NCBI GenBank assembly: GCA_910592345.1
Contig: CAJVPI010000117.1
Location: forward strand, 1 to 52,382
Length of the DNA: 52,382 nucleotides
DNA from: Paraglomus brasilianum
Lineage: Eukaryota
Direction: 5' to 3'
Each line of letters begins with the position of its first letter. The first letter of the stretch is position 1. Below the pieces are notes generated by a model that did no database searches, was not told where the DNA came from, and saw only the letters and a list, made by a program, of their open reading frames with translations. Position numbers and translations under genes: made by a program. Positions 24,181-35,979 of this stretch are shown piece after piece.

Positions 24181-25027
24181 GGTTTCTTGCCAGTTAAAAA
24201 TCTTTGCGATTTGTGTCGCAGACCGTTTCCTTATTTATCATTGTTTACAACAAGAGCAGGTAAAAAAAACGTTGTACTGTGCGCAGTATTTCCTGTATCA
24301 ATAAAAAATGCTAGCTTTATATCGATTCGTGTTAGGCATTTATGTTACTGTCCAACATTCTATCCCATAGTAGTCCGATTATGTAGGGGGGTTTCCCAAA
24401 ACATGACCATATTATTTGTCGTAATAGTAATGTCCCATCGTTATCTATTGATGTGATCGTCACATGATGTAACGTAAGCACTAAACTCTATGACAAACTT
24501 GAATAATAATAATAACGACACAAAGCATAATCGTATCGCCACCTGTTTGCGGATCCAATCGCTTTTTAGAGATCCAAATAGAGTAGAAATACCCTTTACA
24601 ATGGAAGGTGTAAGCACAATCACGAGGCATAATGGCGTGTGTATGATTTGTTATAGTATATGAAAATACAAACAGGCTTTTCTATATATGAATGATTTTT
24701 ATGCAAACTTTGTGCTTTTACTGAATGCAAATAATTAAATATTAAACCGACTTAGACAACAATTATTTGAAAGATGTGGTAAAATATACACATAAGTCGC
24801 GCAATGGCAACAATCTTTATACTTTGCATTTACAAATTACGCATTTTTTATATTAATACACTGCTATACTTCTAATTTCTCTAATGTCATCAATTGAAAG
24901 CTACCAATAAAATTTTGATTACATCCCTCAACTATAAAATTAAAAAAATCCCAAATCATAACAGACGATCGAACATGAGAACTATTCCCCTTTTTCTTTT
25001 TTTTTTCTCCCTCCGTTGTTGTTTTTT

Positions 25028-26433
25028 TTATTTTGATGGCCTTACAGATGCCATTGGCTGTTCACTTATTGCTTGAAGTATGTTGGCAACTTCGGCGACA
25101 TCATTTTGTATAGATGTCTGGCTTGAATTTATTATTGATATTCCATCACTGTTCATAGAAAAAAGAATGCTTGCAGCATCTACAATTTCCGCATCTGTTT
25201 CTGTAGTTTGCTGCTGAGAATTTTCAGATGCCAACCTCTCCGCAATTGTTTCATTTAGCGTTCGTAATACTGTTGCTGCCTCCGCTAGATTCTCGTACTC
25301 TTCTTGTTCTTGAGGATTTAGACTATCCCATGTCGTCTGTAATTGCTTATCAATGTCTTTTCTTGTTGCATACATATTCTCTGGTTTTGCCTTATATGAC
25401 GGTCGATTTTTTTGGAAAAAGACTTCGCGTGCTGTTTTCTTTCGATGAGTCCGTGGTTTAGCCAATTGCATGTTTTCGCCATTTTGACTTTCGGCATTAT
25501 CCATACTTATATAGCCGTTTTGTATTGGTGCCGACACACTCTGTATTGTAGCTTCACTGTCGATGGGTCTTTTTAAGAATTGAATAGTCTGGTCCAACAA
25601 TATTTCCTGCGGATACGGAGAATGGACAGCATTTTACTACATAAACGATCAAGTCAAAGTTGGATTAACAAATCGCATCAGTGACAGTTCTGCATACCCT
25701 TGTCACTGTTTCAGTCAGACCAAGCAACTTTGATAATTCACAAAGATCTTCTGTTTCCCACTTCTTAAGTCTTTCATAAAATCGTGTTTCTTCCTTCTAT
25801 TATAAACACCATAATTTGGACACACTGTGAATGTCTATTTACTACGACGAATTCATCATTCGATCCTCAAATCAACAAACCTCATCCCGCGAAACAAATC
25901 CCGAAAATTGTCTAATATGCCGTTTTACTTCTGCACGAGCCCCCGCACGACGGAAGAGAAGTTTATGGAGCAAGACCAGCAGTTTATCTGAGGACTTTAA
26001 CCGGTCAATTCTACCGGATATTTTCGGAATTTGTCCCAATGGCGTCCCATCTCCCTGAATTTTCAATTGCATACGCATTTAATTAGAAATACCCACTGAA
26101 TAGTCACCAATAGTCGAGGATAGATCGTATGAAACTTATCGATTGGATATGAGCATATTGACACACCTGCTCGATCTCGACTTTACGCATGGTCGGGCAC
26201 TCCTCTTCAAAATCATACTTTCTTACCGGGTGTGGCCCCCGTTTTGGCCTCACCAGGCCGGGAAGAGAGTGGGAATCCATTTTTCGACCCGGAATGGTTG
26301 GCTCTTCATTTCCCGAGCTTCCTTCCTCTACTTTCATCGATTCTGGTGGCTCTGGAGGCACGAAATAGTCGCTGAATAATTTTTTGACGTCATAGCTGTC
26401 TTTGGGGTCGTTGAGAATTGTTGAAAGATTCAT
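25028..26433 (-). CDS. DEK-like chromatin protein (pseudo-SAP/SAP) with a C-terminal HMG-box-like domain (exons 26433-26167, 26054-25881, 25796-25698, 25606-25028)
   Basis: GDGTPLGQIPKI...DKLLVLLHKLLFRRAG...VKRHIRQFSGF matches the DEK core; LKKWETEDLCELSKLLGLTETVTR|EILLDQTIQFLKRP is SAP-like; KKTAREVFFQKNRP...KQLQTTWDSLNPQEQEEYENLA is HMG-like. All three introns are GT-AG, phase 0. Confidence 0.8.
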
Positions 26434-27883
26434 TCTAGTTGATTATTAAAGACCAAAAGTGTATATGAGAATATGTAGGGATAGATCAAATGTTAAAATG
26501 TGCCGATCGTGGATTTTTCATGTTAGCTTCACGAACTGACGATCATCACGTGATTACAGTAAGTGTCTCACCATATCTGATATGGGAACAAAAATTGGTT
26601 CTAATCTATTCGTAGCGAAGAAAATAGTTTTCAGTTGCACTTACTATTAAAAAAATATGAAATACTATATTTTTCAAAGTCTTTTCACCCACGTTTTGGA
26701 GTCGATTAATCGTATGTTATGAAATAAGCAATGTTCGGTACAAATTACACAGATCGTTAATCATACGATCAACAATCGAGTGACTGTCGTATGTCAATAC
26801 TTTTCAATTCACAGGATACCTACTAGGATATTCTTATGGGCATTATTATCTAACTCTGAATTGATGTTGGGAAACGGCTCGTATTTTTATACCTTATGAA
26901 GTAAATATAGTCATCTGATGTATCTGGCAATAGCCCCAACTTGACGCTGTATGGAATTTATTTGGTTGGGTCCATTCAACCATTCATAACAATAAATGGA
27001 AGAACAGTTTCCATTTACACATTAGTGGGTGTGTATAAAGTATTAAGTGTAGTGTAATAAGACATCGAAAGACCATTAAACTTCTGCTTTCTGCTATTAC
27101 AAAAATTTTTAGCAAACGAACCTCTTTCTCTTCTATAATTTTAAGAGTAGGAACACACCAAGATCTATCATTTTATGATAGTTAGAGCAAATCATAGTAT
27201 TCTGCAACTTGTGAAGGTTAGAAATCATGTGATTACAAAGGATAAATTGGCAGTATCCCAAAATTCAAGTTCTGTTTTTTGAAGCCATGTCTCCGATAAC
27301 ATCAATTAGTAATCTTGTCGCTTTGTCAAAGTAAACCCTATCCAGCATCCAGTCCAAAATTTGTTGCGATGCAGCAGTCGCTTATTCGAAGGATTTATCC
27401 ATTGTCCGTAGTCTCAGCTATTAGTATTAGTAAATCCCGTTATTGTTGACTAGTACTAGACTAACTCGGATTATGATCTGCGTATCTGCTGCAAAATAAC
27501 GAATATTCGAAATAGGCACGTTGTCTACTATCACACCGATAATTAACATTGTTTATGTGATAATATCGAAACAAAATAGTTTCCAATTTGGGCCAGAACA
27601 TTTTACATTGTCACGAAATGAGATACATAATTGGTTACAAAAATAAAAATTGATTGTTTCTGTTCTGCACGTCGAATATGTGCTATAAACACCTCTACAA
27701 TCGGAGATTATCAGTAATCTTTATCAATAGAAAGATCTGCGTTTCTGTTGCTATTACAGTAAATGACAATGGAACATGTTGATTGTTATTACTATATTAA
27801 TATGCAACAAGGCCAGCCACGCCCCATTACTGAGCCGCATTTAATTTCAGACTATCCTTACGCTTGTAAAGAACACGATTGAT

Positions 27884-29205
27884 ATGTCTTTCAGGTCTTG
27901 GCTCGCTATCGCTGTAATCTCACTAGTGTTAGTTTGTCTACTGCTAAGTTTCCCGAGGGAGTTTGATGTTCCCGAGCAAGCTCGTTCACGATGGACCGGA
28001 TATTTGGCGTGGCATCCAGAAATAATCGGTAAAAATCCATCCAATTCAACTATAATTCACACACGAAACTCCATGACTTATTCCATTCCCATGTTTTATT
28101 CCAAAATCGTTGAAAGATTTTGATCAGCAGAAGGGCGATGCGTTCACGCTCCTTTCCATAACGTTAATGGGAGTCCTTGGCTATTTATGCATAAAATGGA
28201 CATGCAAGACTAATCTTTCACCAAAATATGTCTCTTGTTTCTACAAAAACGGAGTGTCTATTCCAACCACACTTTTCAATCAGCTGATCTCAATGTACAT
28301 ATTCATGACCTTTATTGCTGCAATTGCGTATTTCGTTCTTGATGTAGGAAAGGTCTGGGCTGTGTGGGGATTGCTGCATAATATGTTGGAAATTGCAATC
28401 CTGTTGGTGCTGCATAATAACGGAAAGATTAAGAGTAATTGGTTTTTTGTGTGGATGGGATTGTATATGCTTGTTACGTCAGTGTTTGGCACTTGGCTGG
28501 ATTGGCCGAACGACGGAATCTATTTCAAAATACAAGGTTAGTGGAATTAAAGAGTTACGGAAACGATTCGGCCAGTGTTTAGAACGCTTATTGACTCGAC
28601 TATACTTTTGCCACACAGGTCTTTGCACAGATTGGGCATTTTGGCTTCAATTCACCCGAATTTACCTAACAACTCGTAAAAATCTCGGGAGTGACACATC
28701 CGCGCAGATTCCTTTTAACACTTCACCGCCTGTTGCCAACGACTCCAATAATGAGTTTTATCCTCGAATAGTAGAGCATCCTCAGCAATTGCTTCTACTG
28801 GTACTTGGGTCATTCATTCACGTTATTGGTAACATTGCGAACTCTGTTTGGATCAGTAGCGCTGTCGCGTAAGTAACTGGATCTTTTCTTGATAGTTGAT
28901 TAAGTGATATTATCAATAGATTGATGTTATTTCTTTCTTTCTTTCTTAATTTATGCTGTATACTCACCGATTACGAAAATGCGTTGTTAATTCTTAGGTT
29001 TTATATATTCCAACTGAGTTATTGCACAACCTTCCCTTTACTTGCATTTTATATCTACTTGGATACGCATTGCACTGGAATAAATGGTCATAAACGGATC
29101 TATCTGCCGGATACTTCACGGGGGAAAGTTGTCATTGTTACTCTCTGCGCATTCGTACTCGCATTTGCGACTATGAGAATAGCATTCTTTGTACCACCAT
29201 CATAA
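27884..29205 (+). CDS. Uncharacterised multipass membrane protein, ~340 aa (exons 27884-28028, 28117-28536, 28619-28868, 28998-29205)
   Basis: Four ORF pieces join in frame via GT-AG introns; N-terminal hydrophobic segment plus about seven further hydrophobic helices. Confidence 0.8.
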
Positions 29206-30276
29206 AAGTCAACTAAAAAAACTCTTTGTTCATAGTCATCTATTTTATTTATTTAAGGAGCTTAGAAAATGGTGTTTGCAAACAAAGTTTTATTTGATTC
29301 GTAAATTAATAAACGCGTTTGTTTACAATTGTATATGGTCGCTACCTTCAATTGAGGGTGTTTGTATCAGCAAATTTGAATTATTTCGTTTACGAAGCAT
29401 AATGTTAAAGAGGAATGCCCAAAATATAACGCAATTTATGAGTGAAAGAGTGGGTGCAAATGTCACGCGTATTTCGTCCATGAACCGGAGATGTTGAATT
29501 AATAAAGCAACTTCTAATATTTCGAATAAAATTTAATTTATCTCATTATATTCTGTAAACGCGCCTTTTTGTTACCATTTTTTTGTAAATTAAACCATAC
29601 CACTCTGGCAAACCCCCTACTTATTACGATTTTAATGGCTTTCTAATTTTTCGTGATAATCGATGTTCTATGGGCTAATCTTACTTGCGATACAAGATTC
29701 GATGCTTCGGAGCATATTTTCAATTGAATTCATTAAAAGAAATTATCTGTAAAGATAACAAGTGCGTTGCAGATAAAGTTCAAGCAAAGCAGTCGTCCGT
29801 TTTCTAAATTATTTATTGTCTAAAAAAGCCAGATCCACATGCAGATTCTCGAAAACCTAATCTACAAACTATACATGAATAATGCATGTTGATGGATTAT
29901 TGATAAACGCATGGTTTATATCTAATACAAAGTCCTTCAGTCTGGCTTAAGATTATCATGTATCGCTTCTATATACGGCACGATCTAATTCCTCGATGCT
30001 GTCTGCTTAACAGTCTGGACCGCATACCGCATACCGCAAACCCAAGGCAAAAATCACCATGCGTCAACCCATTTTCTCAAAGATGTTGGTCCTGCACGGC
30101 ATCTTGAAAACGTTCTAGTGACCGTAATCAGTAGAGCTAGGTATTATATAAATGATACGTTCTATTGATAAATAATACACAACATGCTGATTGTAAATTT
30201 ATTAGATTTAAATAAAGGTGTCAATGAATATTATAACAAAGCTATTGATAAGTTTTCATGATAAATAATTACAAAC

Positions 30277-32039
30277 TCATTGTTCAACTGTAATCTCTTG
30301 ATTTGACGTAGATTGTTCCACACTTGCTGTAGAATCGGCTTCGAAAATGATACTCAGTGTTGTGTTATCTTTTGGGGTCATGTCATTCTCCAAATCCATC
30401 GGTTCCAACGTTTCGCTGCTGTCGTTATTTGGTGCATTAGACACACCAGAGTTATTCTCTAAATTATTACGTGAAAACTCTGCCTCCTCTGATATATAAT
30501 CAAGTTGTTGTTGCTTTAATTGGGTAAAACGTTGATTTGTTGATAAAGTATCCGATTCTGTTGGGAGTACGATACTGCTAGCAGTAGCATTCGGTGCATA
30601 TATACTTGAATTTGATGTAGACTGATTATTCGCCACCCCGTTATATCCATTGATTAATTGATCGCGTGCCACCATATTCTTGTCTTCTTGTTGTGTAGGA
30701 AGTTGCGATTGATGTGCATGAGCACGAACTGCATAAACGTTCTCCTCAGATGAGAAGTCAGCTATATTGTTTATTTCTGGTGTTAGATTATTAATAATTG
30801 AAACTGGTGGAAGTACAGTAAAAATTTCCGATGATTCGTCTGCAGTTGTATGTGCGCAAAATGGGTCTGAACCTTGAGATGTCATCTAAGAAGTGACAGT
30901 TAATGAGTGGAATACAAGAACAACGTAACAAGATTGTACAACATTATTAATAGTATTGTATACTCATTCGCGAAGATACTTACAGCTTCGAGTAATGGGT
31001 CGGCCAATCCTTTTGTGTATATTCTTTCGTGAATATCAACTTCGGCGCGAACAATGGTTGCAACCTTGGATAGAATAAAATTCAAATTATTCTGCTCGTG
31101 GTCAAGAGTCTGGTGATAATATTCACTCTTGAGCTGATCCATTTGCTCTACTTGTTGTGTCAAATCTCTCAGAGCCTATAACATACAGCAGAGTTGTTTT
31201 ATTAGATGTAAAGCAATGCCATAAATATTCAGAAATGTGGGACATTAACAAGGAAAAAGAGACCAAACCTTTCTAAATTGAGCAAGATCTATCACGATAG
31301 AATAAAGATTAAATTACAGTCAACAAAAGCTGATATGGCAGCAACTTTATACACCAAATATTTGATATGAAATATTACCCCTCTGTTTCTTTCTACCAAT
31401 TCGTAAATTCTCTGCTTCAGTTTCTTTAATCCTTTTGCTCATCTCGACAAGAGTTTTGTCATAACTTTCCTCGTTTGCAACAATCGCTGATTTGTGTACA
31501 TCCAAATTTTCCAATAGCGGTATCTCAAATTTCTTATAAAATGAATCACTCTAAAAAGCGACGGATTAATAACCTACACACACTAAAAAAAATAGTATTA
31601 ACCCTCATGCTTACCAGAACCTGTTGATGATTCGACATCAAATAGTGTAATCCTGCGGCTGCTTGCAAACCAGGACCTAAAATGCACAAGTGAATACGGG
31701 TAAACGACCGATTGCTTGCGACGGTTTTGCGGTGAGCACTACCGAATATAATAAACACGAACCAGCTTCTAGCGCGCCTTTACATCGGGCCATTCGCTCC
31801 AATGCTTGACCGAATCCAGCAGTAGCTTGCGACAAGGCAATCAACTGATTTCGGTAAATTTTGGCTGTACTAAGCAACTGCTCATAAGCTTCGATTGATG
31901 CCCTAATGTCAGCACGAGACAACACGACAACAGGGTCGAATATATCAATCGTCCGAATAGACGGCGCATATGAAGTTGTCGTTCGTGCTGATAGAGTAGG
32001 CGACAAGCCGGGCGAGTTTGGTGCTGAGAACTTGTACAT
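30277..32039 (-). CDS. IVY1: Ivy1-like I-BAR/IMD domain phospholipid-binding protein, multi-exon
   Basis: VLSRADIRASIEAYEQLLSTAKIYRNQLIALSQATAGFGQALERMARCKG, GLQAAAGLHYLMSNHQQVL|SDSFYKKFEIPLL, VRAEVDIHERIYTKG, followed by a low-complexity tail. Confidence 0.82.
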
Positions 32040-32660
32040 GATCGTTTACGAAAATAGTGAACTGGGTTGGGTTTAGGCGTTTAAATCCACAAGACATTTC
32101 AGGGGTTTGTACGAGAAACATATTTAGTAACACGTGTCGTTTCAGGGTTCAGCAATTTTTCTTATACAGTAAGAATTACAGTAATGGAGTGCCCGAAAAG
32201 GTCTGACAATGGAACATTTTTCTGGATGCATGTGGTTCGTAATTTGGTATTATAATAATATTATTTGGCAGAAAAAATCCAAAAAGTAACCTTTAATATC
32301 GCGATGACTTTACCAATTAATGGGATTTACAACCTAAAACTAGGTTGTTATTATTATGGGAGAAAGAGTTTGTTTTTTTATTTTGGAATTCTTTATTTAC
32401 TCGTTGTCAGAAACCATTAGCTGACAAAAAAATCCTAATTCCATTTTATTATCTCACATTTCCTTTTCAGATATGCTATCTGAAATTTGATTTATTCTTC
32501 TGCTCTAATTCTCTGATCACTCACCCTTATTATTATACCAATAAGTTATTGTGTTTCTGAGTACCTAAAAGCAGTTCATGTGTTTTTCTGCTTGTCTAGC
32601 TACCCAACTGACACAAGTTTCTTTATGAGCAATAGTAAGCATAGGTGTCTTTAGAGGTAA

Positions 32661-33703
32661 TAGTGCCGTATGTCAGTTGGGAATTTATGTCCATTCTGAA
32701 TGGACATATTAATATGTCAGATTGGAATGTACCATCCAGTCGCCATGCTAAGCCATCAGTTTGTTGTGTGCACACCAGTACTGTCAATTAACTGTATAAG
32801 TTAGATGCCTATCTACTTGAATGGTCTGTATGTTATATGCCATGTATTCAATCATGTCGTAGAGGATATTATTAACTGAATTCTTTATACGTTTGTGGCT
32901 GATTTAATTGTACGACATAAGTAATCAAACGTGATACACTGTGAACTTTCGAAAGTCTATACAGTATCTTTTCAATTGTCAGTTTCCAAATGCAATATAT
33001 TTGTGATACATCAAATTATATGCAGTTGGTCGATTACTCTGCCCCTTCCTAAGCTTTCTACTTATTTAGTAGAAAACAATTTCGTATAACTAAGTTCGCG
33101 TCGCCACCATCCACATGGCTATGGTGTAATAAAATCTTGAAATAATTGAACACGGTATTCATTATACAGAGCTGACGACAGACCTAATAGAAATGTAACA
33201 TCGTATAAAGCTGCTTCAGCTCAAAGCTAGATGTAGTTGCAAGACTAGTTGCTCAACAGCTCGATACGCTTGTCGCAAAGCTGCCATCATTTGTAACTTA
33301 AACTGCCATCCTAATAATCGACAGTGCAGTAATGTTCATTAAATACATCGTTATGTGTAGTATTATTGTATTATGAGGTAAGATTCAGGTATTTATAAAC
33401 AATATAAGATGAAGGCATTATACAAGTAGTAATACCACAAGTTCTTGCCATTACGTATAGATTATTATTCATTCTTTACGCTAAATTACAAATATTAGAA
33501 ACACATCTTTTTATAACAAATACAATATGTTATATGCAGTAGGGTTGATGTCATAATGTCAAATAAATACTCTTATAATGCTGTTACCGGATTGTCTTTG
33601 CTATTCCAATCTGACACATATGTCAGTTCGGAACAGACATAAATTCCCATCTGACATATGTCCGTTCAGAATGGACATAATTCCAAACTGACATACAACA
33701 ATA
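32661..33703. mobile_element. Non-autonomous DNA element (MITE-like) with degenerate terminal inverted repeats
   Basis: Left tagtgccgtatgtcagttgggaatttatgtccattctgaatggacat matches the reverse complement of the right end (atgtccgttcagaatggacataattccaaactgacatacaacaata); no coding capacity inside. Confidence 0.65.
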
Positions 33704-34109
33704 GTAGACTGTTTTGTAACTCAATCTTGCCAAATGTCTTGAAATTGTCATATGAGACACCCTCATGATATAATTTACAGTAATTGCCCATTTTCTTGTA
33801 GACAGTCTCAGTTTACAAGGAAATATCGATCTATTACTAAGGCTCTCATGTAACATTCTTGATGACCACTCACTTTATTGAATTATCACCTTTTATTCAG
33901 GTTTTTAAGATTATAATAGATGGTTGATATTGTGATGCCAGCCACTAGGATGTATTTCCTTTACTGAAGTGATCACATTCATAATTCAGTCACAATTGTA
34001 ATGTAATTTTTCTTTTTGAGTGTTTTTATTAGATGTTGTTGTAATTTCTCAACAAAATAAAAACATTTATTAATATTTACTTTACAGAATTCTCTAGTAT
34101 TTGAAATCT

Positions 34110-34410
34110 CACTGTGTTCTCTTGTCGAGATTGTAACAACCTTGTCACAACTTAGTTATGAGAGTCATAACTAGGTTGCTACGAGATAGTGATGATCTCG
34201 TCATGCGATTTGCAAACTCAGGTTACGATAATCGCAACAAGGTTGCTGCGAGATAGTAGTGACCTCATTACGCGATTTGTCAATTTCATCACAACTTAGT
34301 TACGAGAGTCATAACTAGCTTGCTACGAGATAGTAATGACCTCGCTTATGTGATTTGCCGATTTAGATGCAATCTCGCTACGATAATCGCAACTAGGTTT
34401 CAGTGACCTC
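34110..34410. repeat. Complex tandem repeat, likely a subterminal region of a DNA transposon
   Basis: tcacaacttagtta(t/c)gagagtcataactag(g/c)ttgctacgagatagt at 34145 and 34289; ttgct(a/g)cgagatagt three times; tacgataatcgcaac twice. Confidence 0.7.
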
Positions 34411-34823
34411 ACCGCCAACTGCATGCATTAATTGGGACCTAGCCAAGAAGCGAAAGGCAAAACCTGAAGTACAGGCTGAGGGAATGATAATGATAGTATG
34501 TTAGATTAATCAATTATTAGGTGGTTTTATTAATTATAGTAATATAAATATTTTAGTGAAAGCCGAAGGTACATTTAAAAAATATTGTTAATAACCGATA
34601 ATAGGAAATATAATAGACAAAACGGGGTGGATATTTTTAGAGTCAATGGAAGACTTAGTAGCTAAAATAGAAAACTGTTTTGAAGTGGAGAAGTCAAAAG
34701 ATATGATATCATTCCGAAGCCGACAGTTGGCAAATAAATACTGTGCTTTTTTATAACCAATTTCTCTAAAAAATCGCTTGTGCCACCATTTGTGCTACGT
34801 GGGGTGCTAAAAAAACGGGAATC

Positions 34824-34920
34824 TTTGCTATAAAAAGAGACCTTTGCTATAAGGAACTTCTGGTTATAAGGAAGATTTTTTCCAGTCCCGTAGAATTTGT
34901 TATAACCAGATTAGACTGTA
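34824..34920 (-). mobile_element. pogo/Tigger-like terminal repeat fragment
   Basis: Ends in gttataaccagattagactg-TA (reverse complement TA-CAGTCTAATCTGGTTATAAC) with repeated ctttgctataa/ttataagga subterminal motifs. Confidence 0.5.
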
Positions 34921-35979
34921 ATTATCAAATGCACATGCTTCTATGGACGAACAATTTATTATCTCATTGGAGAGGAATCTTTTTTTCTTGTAAACTCTAG
35001 TGAAACGACTAGAAAAAACGTGAGCCGTGAGAGTTAATGTTACTGTATGGAAAAACGGCAGGAATGCGTCTAACATCCATGAATGCAGAGGCAAACGAGC
35101 ATGATACTGAGCTTCATTAAGCGTAGGATGATTATTCAAAAATCGAAATAAAATGTTCATGACAAATAATGTTAACGACTTGGCAAGGGCAGCTGATAGT
35201 ATTCCCCACGTACATATTTCCAACTCGACGCATTCCTTTCATATTTCATGATCAAATTGACTAATTGACATAAAAAGGTTAGCTGCCTGGTATAATTTTA
35301 ATTGAGTTTGAACGTCCAAAGTATTAAAGTTTCAAATTGTAATGGTTTGAAAAGTTATCTAATTTGGACGCGCAATATTAATTAAAAGATATTGTCCACA
35401 ATTAATTTATTCGAAACACACCGATTTTGATGCTTGTCGGAATGCGATCAATGATTTACCAAAAAGTATTAACACTCATTGTCAACGTTGAAATAATGGT
35501 TTCAGTGAGTGAACGGAGCATGCGATTAGTGTCTGTATGTGCCTCTATGAGACATATTTCCACGGTGGAGACTTTTCACGAAAATTGGGTTTTGTCAGCC
35601 GCAACATACACGGTTGAAGTTCCCGTCTAAATAAGCGGAGGAATACGTCACCGTTTAATGCTCCGTATTCACCTTAACGCAGGTTTCTCGGACGCGACGT
35701 GACACTGTTGAATTTCCCCGCCAATACTACAGCTTGCGGCGTCCTAGAAGAGTGTATTGATCTGCACGCCCCATATAAGACACCCAATAATACATCATCA
35801 AATGTTTCTCAACAAGGTAATCTCCCCATACAGGTACCTCCCCACGCTGGGAATCGTCACACGATTGTGTGATCCGCTGCAGTGGAACAAAAGACAAAGG
35901 TGTGGAATGAAGATCCACGAAAAAACTCTCTAGCTTGCCGATTTAACCCGGCTGAGCCTTCCAATAAAAGTTTCACACC

